A stretch of 63,991 bases of DNA, counting the filler. It is 8 parts of 8 records of this genome, joined end to end, with 100 filler letters (N's around TTAATTAATTAA, not from the genome) between each part and the next. Parts side by side here need not be neighbours in the genome. Positions count along the whole stretch, not along the records: positions 44,214 to 50,983 come from SRR31156797_10767; positions 51,084 to 58,825 come from SRR31156797_10774; 6 more parts are not named here. One strand, 5' to 3'. Of the stretch, positions 48,040 to 58,093 are shown piece after piece. The translations under genes were made by a program, and so were the position numbers. The stretch's first letter is position 1; every line of letters begins with the position of its first letter. The notes beneath the pieces are model-generated. The model saw only the letters and a list, made by a program, of their open reading frames with translations. It was not told where the DNA came from and made no database searches.

Positions 48040-49767
48040 ATGAAGAAAACATTTTTACTCATTTTACTCGCATTTACTGCATCACTTGCATTTTCACAAA
48101 TCAATTGGGGCGACAAATATTTTGTGAAGTTTACAGACAAAGACAACTCCCCCTACTCCATCGAAAACCCGGAAGAATATCTTTCAGAACGTGCCCTGGA
48201 ACGTCGTGAACGTTACAACATCCCCATCGACATGTACGACCTGCCGGTTAACCCACAGTATATTGAAACCGTGAAAAATGTCGGCGTGGAAGTGACCAAT
48301 CCCACAAAGTGGCTTAACGGCGTTGTTGTGCAAACATCCGACCCATCTAAGATCGAGGAAATAGAGGCCATGCCATTTGTTGAATCCACCGTTAAAAACG
48401 TAAAATTCGGCGAAAGAAAGGTCAATCTGACCATTCAAAATCCCGAAATTGAAAATAACGCACTCGGTCTGAACAAACCTTTTGGGATGAATGAAAAATA
48501 TGAAGGCCCTGCCATGGAATTAAAATCAACCAAAAAAGTTACGACGCTGGATTATGGTGACGGGTACAATCAGATCGACCAGATTGGCGGGATCGCCCTG
48601 CACGACGATGGCTACCAGGGTCAGGGCATGGTAATTGCGGTGCTTGACGGTGGCTTTAGTTTTACTGATAACCTTGAGGCTTTCGACAGCCTGTATATGA
48701 ACAACCAGATACTCAGCGTGTGGGACTTCGTTTCCAACTCCGAAAATGTTTACCAGGGCAGTACACACGGTACAGCTGTACTTTCAACCATGGGCGCTAA
48801 CCTTCCGGGGGAACTCATCGGTACTGCACCCAAAGCCGGCTACCACCTGGTACGTACCGAAGACACCGGCTCAGAATATCTCATTGAGGAATATAACTGG
48901 GTATGCGGTGCTGAGTATGCTGACAGCGTTGGTGCCGATGTGATCAACTCATCGCTGAGTTACAAAGAATACGACGACCCACAGCAAAGCCACACTTACC
49001 AGGATATGGATGGCAACACTGCCCCGGCAACGATTGGTGCCGACAGGGCCATGAGCCGCGGTATGATCGTGGTGAACAGCGCCGGAAACAGCGGAAACTC
49101 ATCCACATGGCCATGGATTGGTGCACCGGCAGACGGCGACAGCGTATTTTCCATCGGCGCAGTGAATGCGTGGGGCGAATATGTCGGCTTCAGTTCCATT
49201 GGCCCCACTGCCGACGGCAGACTTAAGCCCAACATTGTTGCTCAGGGTTCAGGGACAACAGTGGCTTCCATCAATGGTGGTACTTCCACTTCCAGCGGAA
49301 CTTCTTTTTCGTCACCAATTATAGCCGGGATGACGGCATGCCTGTGGCAGTTTGACCCCACCATGCGCAACACCGACGTACTCAACTCCATTATGATGAG
49401 CAGCAGCATGGCAGCAAACCCGGATTATGAAATGGGTCACGGTATCCCTGACTATGCCATGGCAACGATAATCCTTTCAGGATTCGATCCCGACATTGTG
49501 GCCAACCCGGACGATATCGAAGTATTTCCAAATCCTTTTGATGATAAAATCGACATCCTTTACAACTCACCCGACACCCAAAGTGTGGTGATAGAGGTAA
49601 CCGACATAACCGGAAAGGTTGTTTATAAAAGAGATAACGTAAACCGCCACTCAGGTCTGAATCATTTCAGGATTGAAGGATTGGGTAACCTGAAGCAGGG
49701 CGCCTACGTCCTGAAGATTCAGGCAGACGGAATTATCTCCACGAAGAAGGTTTTGAAGTTTGATTAG
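48040..49767 (+). CDS. S8 subtilisin-like serine protease with T9SS C-terminal domain
   Basis: VLDGG, HGT and GTSFSSP catalytic triad; VFPNPF..KKVLK CTD; start at MKKTFLL (ORF track start 47959). Confidence 0.93.
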   Translation: MKKTFLLILLAFTASLAFSQINWGDKYFVKFTDKDNSPYSIENPEEYLSERALERRERYNIPIDMYDLPVNPQYIETVKNVGVEVTNPTKWLNGVVVQTSDPSKIEEIEAMPFVESTVKNVKFGERKVNLTIQNPEIENNALGLNKPFGMNEKYEGPAMELKSTKKVTTLDYGDGYNQIDQIGGIALHDDGYQGQGMVIAVLDGGFSFTDNLEAFDSLYMNNQILSVWDFVSNSENVYQGSTHGTAVLSTMGANLPGELIGTAPKAGYHLVRTEDTGSEYLIEEYNWVCGAEYADSVGADVINSSLSYKEYDDPQQSHTYQDMDGNTAPATIGADRAMSRGMIVVNSAGNSGNSSTWPWIGAPADGDSVFSIGAVNAWGEYVGFSSIGPTADGRLKPNIVAQGSGTTVASINGGTSTSSGTSFSSPIIAGMTACLWQFDPTMRNTDVLNSIMMSSSMAANPDYEMGHGIPDYAMATIILSGFDPDIVANPDDIEVFPNPFDDKIDILYNSPDTQSVVIEVTDITGKVVYKRDNVNRHSGLNHFRIEGLGNLKQGAYVLKIQADGIISTKKVLKFD

Positions 49768-49798
49768 AACGATTACAGGCTAAAGCTTAAATATCACA

Positions 49799-49871
49799 AG
49801 CCGGGACAACGTTTCCGGCTTTTTTTGTGCATACGCCTATTCATAAGATGACTCCAAGTCATCGTATGAAT
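49799..49871 (+). repeat. 73-bp terminator + palindrome unit, copy A
   Basis: AGCCGG..CCGGCT-T-run, then TATTCATAAGATGACT-CCA-AGTCATCGTATGAAT; 59/73 identical to copy B, ungapped. Confidence 0.85.
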
Positions 49872-50097
49872 TAACCCGTACTAACCCATACAAAAAACCA
49901 GTTAAATCATAAAACCCAACTGCTGATAATGCGTGATTGGCCCAGTCAGACGTGTGTTTTCAGAACAGTTAAAAGAGTCCCTCATTATCAGGCACAGCAT
50001 TCGCAGGCAGGGCACCAGGAGATTTTACAAGCCTGAAACACAAACATTAAAAAAAATTAAATAAAGAACCAATCCACTTCAATGCGGTTACTGCCTC

Positions 50098-50772
50098 ATG
50101 GGAGTATTAGTCGCCATTATAATTATCGTTTTATGGGCGGGCCATTTGATTTGGGCCTTAACAAATGTGGAGGTCAGCCTTTCAAATCCATGGCTCTATT
50201 TACATATCCTGATTCAGGCGCATCTAACCACAGGATTATTTATTACCTCCCATGATTCAATCCATGGTACCATTTCAAAAAACAGGAAAGTCAATCATAT
50301 TTTGGGATGGGTTACCTCCATGTTGTATGCGTTTTTCCCCTATACGATTTTAAGGAAAAACCATTACGAACATCACAATCATCCGGGTTCAGATAAAGAC
50401 CCCGACTTCAATGTAAAAACCCAGAACTTTTTCCTGTGGTGGATGGGTTTTATGTGGCACTATACAAACATTTGGCAGCTGCTTGGTTTTACCATCAGTT
50501 TTAATGTGTTGCGATTTTGGATACCGGGCATTAACATTATCCTGATTTGGTTTATCCCGGCTTTTTTAAGCTCATTTCAATTGTTCTATTTTGGCACATA
50601 CCTCCCTCACAAGGTACCACACCACGATCTTGATCCGAAACATAAATCACGTTCACAGAAAAGAAATCACCTTTGGGCCCTGATATCCTGCTATTTCTTT
50701 GGTTATCACTGGGAACATCACCAATACCCAAACGTTCCGTGGTGGAAACTTTACCAGAAAAAGAACGGATAA
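50098..50772 (+). CDS. Membrane fatty-acid desaturase superfamily protein, CrtW (beta-carotene ketolase)-like
   Basis: His boxes HDSIH, HYEHH and HWEHH; GLFIT, LFYFGTYLPH, CYFFGY and VPWWKL motifs. Confidence 0.8.
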   Translation: MGVLVAIIIIVLWAGHLIWALTNVEVSLSNPWLYLHILIQAHLTTGLFITSHDSIHGTISKNRKVNHILGWVTSMLYAFFPYTILRKNHYEHHNHPGSDKDPDFNVKTQNFFLWWMGFMWHYTNIWQLLGFTISFNVLRFWIPGINIILIWFIPAFLSSFQLFYFGTYLPHKVPHHDLDPKHKSRSQKRNHLWALISCYFFGYHWEHHQYPNVPWWKLYQKKNG

Positions 50773-50784
50773 AATGAACAAATC

Positions 50785-50859
50785 AGCCGGGATGAATGCT
50801 CCGGCTTTTTTAGTGCAAGCACATATTCATACGATGACTTCGAGTCATCGTATGAATAT
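50785..50859 (+). repeat. 73-bp terminator + palindrome unit, copy B
   Basis: AGCCGG..CCGGCT-T-run, then a perfect 17-bp inverted repeat ATATTCATACGATGACT-TCG-AGTCATCGTATGAATAT. Confidence 0.85.
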
Positions 50860-50983
50860 ATCTCGCATGAATTAGCACTCCCGACAGCAAAACCGAAACA
50901 GTGGCCATAACCGGCATGTTACTATTCAATGGATCATCTCCGGAAATTTAAACCCATTCTAAATTTCATTATTCCTACATTTG

Positions 50984-51083
50984 NNNNNNNNNNNNNNNNN
51001 NNNNNNNNNNNNNNNNNNNNNNNNNNNTTAATTAATTAANNNNNNNNNNNNNNNNNNNNNNNNNNNNNNNNNNNNNNNNNNNN
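50984..51083. other. Artificial contig linker
   Basis: N/TTAATTAATTAA/N spacer. Confidence 0.98.
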
Positions 51084-51176
51084 AATTTTATACACTGAAC
51101 AAATTTAGCATTGTTTTGTTTTTGTACAACTTTGAATTTGGGATTTTACACAGTACTTAACTTAACAAGACAGCAA

Positions 51177-52160
51177 CTAGTGTTTGCGAGTAAGCATCTT
51201 TGCAGCTAGTTGTCGAAGAGTTTGTTTTACAACATCCTGTAGTTCAATTTCATCCAGCACAGCTGAAGCTCTGTGGTAAAAATCATTCATCTTTTCTTCT
51301 GCCATCTTTTTTACATTTATTTCAGAATAAATGTTTTTTACTACGGCTATCTTTTCCTCCGAATCAAATTCTGTTTTCGCAATCCAGTTTAATAAATCAG
51401 CTTGTTGTTCTTTTGTAGCATGCTCCAGGGCATTTATCAGAAGAAGTGTTTTTTTATTGGCCAGAATATCGCCTCCAATTTTTTTACCAAAGGTTTCCTG
51501 GTCGCCAAATGTGTCCAACAAATCATCCTGCAACTGAAACGAGAGCCCCAGATTTATTCCAAACTCATACAACTGATTGGCAATCTTTTCTGAAGCACCA
51601 GCTAATATGGCACCAGTTTTTAAGCTGCAGGCTAAAAGAACCGCTGTTTTCAACCTGATCATTTCAAGGTATTCCTCTTCCTGAACATCAAGCCGGGTCT
51701 CAAAATCCATATCGTATTGTTGCCCTTCACATACTTCAATGGCTGTTTTCGTAAACAATTCCAAAGCAGCTTTTATTCCTGGCGAATCACTTTCCAGAAA
51801 ATACTTGTACGATTGAAATGCCATTGCATCTCCTGAAAGGATCGCCGCATTCTCGTTGAATTTTTTATGAACCGTTGGCCTGTTTCTTCGCACATCGGCC
51901 TTATCCATTATATCATCGTGCAATAAGGTGAAATTGTGAAAAACTTCGATGCCCAAAGCTGCCGGCAAGGCCATTTCCACCTCTTCAGAGAACAGATTAT
52001 ATGCCATCAAAACCAATACAGGACGTAATCTTTTACCTCCCATATCAAGCGAATATTTAATGGGCTCGTATAGTTCAACAGGACTTTGTTTTAGCAATTC
52101 GTCTGAACGTTTTTCAATCTCCTTGCTAATCAGTTGCTGAAGTTCTTCAATCGTATACAT
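51177..52160 (-). CDS. Polyprenyl diphosphate synthase
   Basis: GGKRLRP, HDDIMD, GQ..D, KT and FQLQDDLLD motifs. Confidence 0.93.
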   Translation of the reverse strand: MYTIEELQQLISKEIEKRSDELLKQSPVELYEPIKYSLDMGGKRLRPVLVLMAYNLFSEEVEMALPAALGIEVFHNFTLLHDDIMDKADVRRNRPTVHKKFNENAAILSGDAMAFQSYKYFLESDSPGIKAALELFTKTAIEVCEGQQYDMDFETRLDVQEEEYLEMIRLKTAVLLACSLKTGAILAGASEKIANQLYEFGINLGLSFQLQDDLLDTFGDQETFGKKIGGDILANKKTLLLINALEHATKEQQADLLNWIAKTEFDSEEKIAVVKNIYSEINVKKMAEEKMNDFYHRASAVLDEIELQDVVKQTLRQLAAKMLTRKH

Positions 52161-54562
52161 TATTTTTCCAAATTAAGCTGTTCGTCAGGAACAATCTCCA
52201 AATCGTCCAATTCAATGTCTTCTTCCTCATCGTAAATGTGCAACAATGGTTCTTTAAAAGCTTCAGTGGTTACCGAGCGTTCTAATCCGGATAACAATGA
52301 TGGTAATAAAACCAGATTTGAAGTTACTGCGACCAATAGTGTTAACGATACCAGAATGCCCATGGCCTGGGTGCCTCCAAAATTCGAAATGGTAAATATT
52401 CCGAAACCAAAGAACAACACCACCGAAGTATATAGCATACTTACACCTGTTTCCTTTAGAGCCAGCACAACCGATTTTCGAATATCCCAGTTGGTCATAT
52501 TTAGTTCCTGCCGGTATTTAGCCAGAAAATGAATGGTATTATCAACCGAAATACCAAAAGCAATACTAAATACCAATATTGTTGAGGCTTTTATGGGAAT
52601 ATTTGTAAATCCCATAATTGCAGCAGTAAAAATCAGCGGAATAATATTTGGGGTTAACGACATGATAACCATTCGCCAGGATGAAAACATAACGGCCATA
52701 AAAGTTGAGATCAGTAAAATAGCCAGTCCTAAACTGGTAATCAGGTTCTTTAATAAATACTGATTTCCTTTAAAAGCGACAATGCTCGATCCTGTAACGG
52801 TAACATCGTATTTGTCTGATGTAAAAATTGAATCGATTTCCGCATTAAAATCAGAATAGAGCTCCTCCATCCGTTTGGTTCCTACATCTTTTACACGAAT
52901 ACTAATACGGGTAGTTTGTCGGGTACTGTCTAAAAACGAATATAACAGGCTAGCGTTTTCCTCTCCCGAAGACGCGTATTGTAAAATAAAGTTCTTTTCG
53001 CGGTTATTTGGCAGGCTATAATACCTTTCGTGCCCATTGTAAAAAGCTTGTTTCGAAAACTTTAGCAGGTTAAGCAATGAAGTTGAAGTTGATAATTCGG
53101 GATAATTCGCCAATCGTTTTTCCAACTGCTCAATTTTCCGGAACGTGGTTAATTGCATTACACCCTGTGGTTTTTGGGTGTTAACCATTATTTCCAAAGG
53201 CATCAGGCCATTAAAGTTTTTCTCAAAAAATTTGAGATCGATATAAACGGGATCGGTTTCGGGAATATCATCCACCATATACCCCGAACTTTTCATTAAA
53301 CTAATACCATAAATCCCAAGGGCAAGAACACCAATGGTAATAAAATAAACTACCTGACGATAGTTTTGGGTAATGTGCATTAGTTTACGAATGACTCCTG
53401 AAATCAATTTGCTATCGAGATGTCCGACATGTTTTGAAGAAGGAGGCCCGATAAAACTAAATATGATGGGAATGAGCAATAAAGACAATAAAAACAACCC
53501 CAGAATATTCAAAGAAGCAATTATTCCAAACTGACGTAAAATATCGCTACGAACAATAATAAAAGTGGCAAATCCCGAAGCAGTTGTCAGGTTGGTTAAA
53601 AACGTTGCATTTCCGATTTTAATGATAACCCGCTGTAATGCTTTTACTTTATTCCCATGACTTACGTATTCATGATGAAACTTATTCAGCATATAAATGC
53701 TGTTCGGAATTCCAATAACGATCAACAATGGTGGAATCATTCCCGAAAGCAAAGTAATTTTATAACCAAACAGAGACAACATTCCCATGGCCCAGACAAC
53801 CCCTGTTAATACAATTAGTACCGGAACAAAAACAGCCTTAAACGAGCGGAAAAACAAGAATAATACAACAATACATATTAATAGTGCCAATACACTAAAC
53901 ATGTATAACTCACGCTTAATCTTTACCGAATTTACTACGCGAATGTAAGGCAAACCTGAATAATGCAGTTTAACATTTTGAGTTTTTTCAAAATCAAAAC
54001 ATACTTTTTGAATACCTGCAACCATGGCTTCGCGTTCTTTGCTGGCCATTTTATCTTTATTTACTGTAATGGCCAGCAAATAAGCATCCGTTTCATCGTT
54101 GTATACCAGTTTTCGGTAAAAAGGCAGCCTCCTGAATTTTGCCACATATTTATCAAGTTCCTCCTGGGTTGAAATGGTATCAGGAAAGGCATCTTCTATT
54201 TCAAACTTTTTATCAACCTTGTTTTTACTAAGATTATAAGTGTTTGAAACCGAAAGAAGGTTTTCAACTCCTTCAACTTTCTTAAGATTATCACATAGCC
54301 CTCGCCAGGCATTAAAATGATCAATTTGAAAGAAATTAGAATCCTGGATTCCAACAATTATCAGGTTACCTTCTTCCCCAAAAACCTCAACAAACTTCTG
54401 ATAATCCTTATAGGCTTGATCCTTCTTAGGTAGCAATGAAGCATACTCGTACGACATTTCTACCTTTTGGGCATGGTAAGCAAAAAACACAGTGATTACC
54501 GCCAAAACAGAAAGAAGGAGGATTCTATTTCTAAGGATTATGCGGGATAATTTAATCCACAT
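52160..54562 (-). CDS. MMPL/RND family transporter
   Basis: Two repeats of 1+5 TM segments with large loops; GISVDNTIH motif. Confidence 0.88.
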   Translation of the reverse strand: MWIKLSRIILRNRILLLSVLAVITVFFAYHAQKVEMSYEYASLLPKKDQAYKDYQKFVEVFGEEGNLIIVGIQDSNFFQIDHFNAWRGLCDNLKKVEGVENLLSVSNTYNLSKNKVDKKFEIEDAFPDTISTQEELDKYVAKFRRLPFYRKLVYNDETDAYLLAITVNKDKMASKEREAMVAGIQKVCFDFEKTQNVKLHYSGLPYIRVVNSVKIKRELYMFSVLALLICIVVLFLFFRSFKAVFVPVLIVLTGVVWAMGMLSLFGYKITLLSGMIPPLLIVIGIPNSIYMLNKFHHEYVSHGNKVKALQRVIIKIGNATFLTNLTTASGFATFIIVRSDILRQFGIIASLNILGLFLLSLLLIPIIFSFIGPPSSKHVGHLDSKLISGVIRKLMHITQNYRQVVYFITIGVLALGIYGISLMKSSGYMVDDIPETDPVYIDLKFFEKNFNGLMPLEIMVNTQKPQGVMQLTTFRKIEQLEKRLANYPELSTSTSLLNLLKFSKQAFYNGHERYYSLPNNREKNFILQYASSGEENASLLYSFLDSTRQTTRISIRVKDVGTKRMEELYSDFNAEIDSIFTSDKYDVTVTGSSIVAFKGNQYLLKNLITSLGLAILLISTFMAVMFSSWRMVIMSLTPNIIPLIFTAAIMGFTNIPIKASTILVFSIAFGISVDNTIHFLAKYRQELNMTNWDIRKSVVLALKETGVSMLYTSVVLFFGFGIFTISNFGGTQAMGILVSLTLLVAVTSNLVLLPSLLSGLERSVTTEAFKEPLLHIYDEEEDIELDDLEIVPDEQLNLEK

Positions 54563-54666
54563 ACTTACATTTCTAAATAACCCGACGAAAGTACTATAAA
54601 TTCTTGAGTTTATAAAAGTAAGTCCCCAATGTACCCGGCTTTTTTAAAAGATTTTAATGAATGTTG

Positions 54667-56094
54667 TTATTTGCTTTTTGAAACAGCAACTACATGACCA
54701 GCAGTTCTGAAAAACAAATAGTTTTCTGATATCGCAGGAGTTGACATACAAACCTCATTTAACGCATTAGTTCTCAACAATTCGTATTCAGGCCCGGCTT
54801 TTACTAAATAAACATTTCCATCGTTATCAGTAATAAACACAATCCCATCTGCTGCAACCGGCGACGAGGTATAACTATTACCGTCCCCCACCTTTTCTGA
54901 GTACATTTCTTCTCCTGTTATGGCATTAAAACACGTTAATCGGCCATTCCACCGGGCATTATACAAGTAATCGCCATAAACCAACATGGTTCCCATATAC
55001 GCGCCACCACGTAGTTTTGCCCATTTTACAAATTCGTTTGTTGTTTCTTTCTCGCTCAAAGAAATATCACCAACTGCATTTTTCTGAATGGCATAAATTG
55101 GCGAAATCTTTCCGTGGGCACTGTTGAAGTATATCAACTCATTTCCAATAATCGGTGTTGGTACCGGAATATCGCCACCTCCGCTCATTTGCCAAATTTC
55201 TTCACCGGAATTAAAATCATACCCCCCCCGGTGTTTAAATCCATTAACGGCAACAATATCTTTTTCACCATCCGAATATACATTGGGTGTACACCATCCG
55301 GGATATTCATCGCGTTTCTGTTTCCATAACTCTTCTCCCGTTTTAATATCGTACGCAGCCACAAAAGAGTTCTCCATAACATCGCACTGAATAATCACCA
55401 CATTCTTATGAATTAGCGGTGAACTTGAAAATTCCCATTCCGCCTGAGGTACCAAAAAGAAGGAAGATTTTAAAAGACCAAAGTCTTTTTTCCACTGAAG
55501 TTCTCCTTTCATGTCATAACAAAACAAACCTTCCGATCCAAAAAAGGCAACAATGAACTCGCCATTGGTAGCCGGAGTACAATTGGCATGCGACGACATA
55601 GGATGCCTTTTTTGCTCCGGAATTCCGGTATGCGCTGTTTGCTCCCACTTTATCTCACCTGTAGTTTTATCTAAACAGATTACTTTCCAATCGTGAACTG
55701 AAGAATCCTGAACCGAACCAATTGACCCATAGATTCCGGTTTTTACATCCCCTTTATCTAATTCGCTTACTGCAGTGGCAATAAAAACGTCTTCTCCCCA
55801 AATAATCGGGCATGAATGCCCCAAGCCAGGAATTGCGGTTTTCCAGGCAATGTTCTTACCGGTTTCTACATCCCACTCTTCAGGCAAATTGGCATTATCT
55901 ATCACTCCCGAAGCATTGTTTCCCCGAAACATTGTCCACTGACGTGAAGAATCTACATTTTGCGAGCAAGCATTAAATACGAATAAGCAAAGAAGAATAA
56001 AAAAAGAAGAATACTTTGTTGACATGGTCATTTCTTTTGATTGGTGGAAATTAAAGAAATTTGCGGAAATACAGTTTATAAAATCCTTTAGCAT
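54667..56094 (-). CDS. PQQ-like beta-propeller repeat lipoprotein
   Basis: WTMFRG, SSP and TGEELW repeats; lipobox-like FNAC; true start probably 56025 or 56031. Confidence 0.82.
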   Translation of the reverse strand: MLKDFINCISANFFNFHQSKEMTMSTKYSSFFILLCLFVFNACSQNVDSSRQWTMFRGNNASGVIDNANLPEEWDVETGKNIAWKTAIPGLGHSCPIIWGEDVFIATAVSELDKGDVKTGIYGSIGSVQDSSVHDWKVICLDKTTGEIKWEQTAHTGIPEQKRHPMSSHANCTPATNGEFIVAFFGSEGLFCYDMKGELQWKKDFGLLKSSFFLVPQAEWEFSSSPLIHKNVVIIQCDVMENSFVAAYDIKTGEELWKQKRDEYPGWCTPNVYSDGEKDIVAVNGFKHRGGYDFNSGEEIWQMSGGGDIPVPTPIIGNELIYFNSAHGKISPIYAIQKNAVGDISLSEKETTNEFVKWAKLRGGAYMGTMLVYGDYLYNARWNGRLTCFNAITGEEMYSEKVGDGNSYTSSPVAADGIVFITDNDGNVYLVKAGPEYELLRTNALNEVCMSTPAISENYLFFRTAGHVVAVSKSK

Positions 56095-56219
56095 TTTAAT
56101 TTAAATTCAATTTTATCAAATACATAAAGCGGCTTTTACAACACCCGAAGTCGTAACCAACATTCATCCTTTAGGCAATAAGCTGAAACCAAACCTACAA
56201 ATTTTGGTATAAGTTTCAT

Positions 56220-56924
56220 ATGAACCAGAATATTCTAATCTTAACTGCAGCCTCGCTTGGATTTGTACATACTTTACTTGGTCCAGACCACTATGTTCCT
56301 TTTATTGCCATTGCCAAAGCAAAAAACTGGTCGCTTTTAAAAACGCTGGGTATTACATCTCTTTGCGGATTAGGTCATGTTTTAGGTAGTATTATAATTG
56401 GATTGATTGGTGTTTTTTCGGGCGTTGCTTTGGAAAAACTGGAGATGATCGAGTCTTACCGCGGCACAATTGCGGCCTGGCTTCTAATTGTTTTCGGATT
56501 AATTTATACCATTTACGGCATTAGGAAAGCATATACAAACCAGCCACATCAGCACCTTCATATTCATGCTAATGGTACAATCCACAACCATAAACACCAG
56601 CACAAAAATGAACATTTACATATTCATTTGGAGAAAAAGAAAAGTATAACTCCCTGGATTTTGTTTATCATTTTTGTTTTTGGTCCGTGTGAGGTTTTGA
56701 TACCAGTTCTAATGTATCCGGCTGCTGAAAATAATTTTCCATTACTAATTACAGCAACGATTGTCTTTGCGGTAGTAACAGTTGCCACTATGTTATTTAT
56801 GGTTTCGTTTGCCCTGCTCGGAATCAAATTTTTTAACTTTAACCAACTAGGGAAATATGCACATGCTTTGGCAGGAATTCTCATTCTGATCTGTGGGGTT
56901 GCTGTTCAATTTTTTGCGGTTTAA
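56220..56924 (+). CDS. Nickel/cobalt transporter-like membrane protein (NicO/RcnA/DsbD_2 type)
   Basis: HTLLGPDH, GLGH, a His-rich loop and GPCE motifs; adjacent to hyp genes. Confidence 0.8.
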   Translation: MNQNILILTAASLGFVHTLLGPDHYVPFIAIAKAKNWSLLKTLGITSLCGLGHVLGSIIIGLIGVFSGVALEKLEMIESYRGTIAAWLLIVFGLIYTIYGIRKAYTNQPHQHLHIHANGTIHNHKHQHKNEHLHIHLEKKKSITPWILFIIFVFGPCEVLIPVLMYPAAENNFPLLITATIVFAVVTVATMLFMVSFALLGIKFFNFNQLGKYAHALAGILILICGVAVQFFAV

Positions 56925-57688
56925 GGATTGCTCAACCATTCATACCATTCTGCCATTCCTTCTCCAGTTACGGCCGACATTTCAAAAAACACCATTTCAG
57001 GATTCAGCTGCCGGGCTACTTTTTTTGCTTTGTCAACATCAAAATCAACATAAGGCAGCAAATCGATTTTATTAATAATACACACATCTGAAGTATGAAA
57101 GATGGTTGGGTATTTTTCCGGTTTATCGTCACCCTCGGTTACACTAAAAATAAGTATCCGTTTATGCTCACCCAAATCAAACATTGAAGGACAAACCAGG
57201 TTACCCACATTTTCGATAATTAATATCGAATTCTTGCCCACATCCAGTTGCTTAATCGCTTCATTCACCATATGTGCATCCAAATGGCAACCATTTCCGG
57301 TATTCACCTGAATTGCTTTTCCTCCTGCTTTTAAGATTCTATCTGCATCATTGGATGTTTGCTGATCGCCCTCGATAACAAAATAATCCAATTCCTTGCC
57401 AATATCTTTAAGGGTGCGCTCAATTATTGAGGTTTTTCCTGAACCGGGGGAACTAACCATGTTTAAAGCGAACACTCCTAATGCTTCGAAATACCCCCGG
57501 TTACGTTCGGCCAGTAAATCGTTTTTAGTAAGAATATCTTTTTCAACCGAAACTTCCCGATGCTGATGTTCGCCATGATGGTGATGATCCGAAACATTAA
57601 CGTGTTGTTCAGATGGATGTCCATCCTCGCTGCCCGGTTTATATATTTTCACTTTTTCATTATCTTCACATCCACAGGTATTACACAT
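56921..57688 (-). CDS. hypB: Hydrogenase nickel incorporation GTPase HypB
   Basis: MCNTCGC, His-rich stretch, SSPGSGKT, GCHLD, ENVGNLVCP and NKID motifs. Confidence 0.96.
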   Translation of the reverse strand: MCNTCGCEDNEKVKIYKPGSEDGHPSEQHVNVSDHHHHGEHQHREVSVEKDILTKNDLLAERNRGYFEALGVFALNMVSSPGSGKTSIIERTLKDIGKELDYFVIEGDQQTSNDADRILKAGGKAIQVNTGNGCHLDAHMVNEAIKQLDVGKNSILIIENVGNLVCPSMFDLGEHKRILIFSVTEGDDKPEKYPTIFHTSDVCIINKIDLLPYVDFDVDKAKKVARQLNPEMVFFEMSAVTGEGMAEWYEWLSNP

Positions 57689-57698
57689 ATTTTTCTTT

Positions 57699-58037
57699 TT
57701 AGATCGTTAATGATTTTACTCTGAGTTGTTGCCCGTTAATTATCCGGTAATTGGCCTGCCCACATTTGGGACATAAGGCCAATAGTTCGTTTGTTTGAAA
57801 TTGTAAGTTGCAGTCGTTACAATTGGCCTTTCCCGAAACTTTTAAGTAATTAATTTTTGCATTTTGAAGCTTTGTACTTTTAACGGTAACTTCCATTGCA
57901 AATTCAAGTGCTTCCATAACTACCCCCGATAAAGCTCCAATTTCAATATCGATGCTTTGAATCGAATCAGCCTGCTCTTTTATTGCCACTTCCTCGGCTA
58001 ATTCAACAATTGATTTTGCTATGGATAGTTCGTGCAT
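57699..58037 (-). CDS. hypA: Hydrogenase maturation metallochaperone HypA
   Basis: N-terminal MHELSIA and two CxxC motifs; start corrected from 58100. Confidence 0.95.
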   Translation of the reverse strand: MHELSIAKSIVELAEEVAIKEQADSIQSIDIEIGALSGVVMEALEFAMEVTVKSTKLQNAKINYLKVSGKANCNDCNLQFQTNELLALCPKCGQANYRIINGQQLRVKSLTI

Positions 58038-58093
58038 AATTATAAACCTCTGGTTCCTAGCCTTTACCTCGGCTTTCCGGCTCCCAGGTTTCT

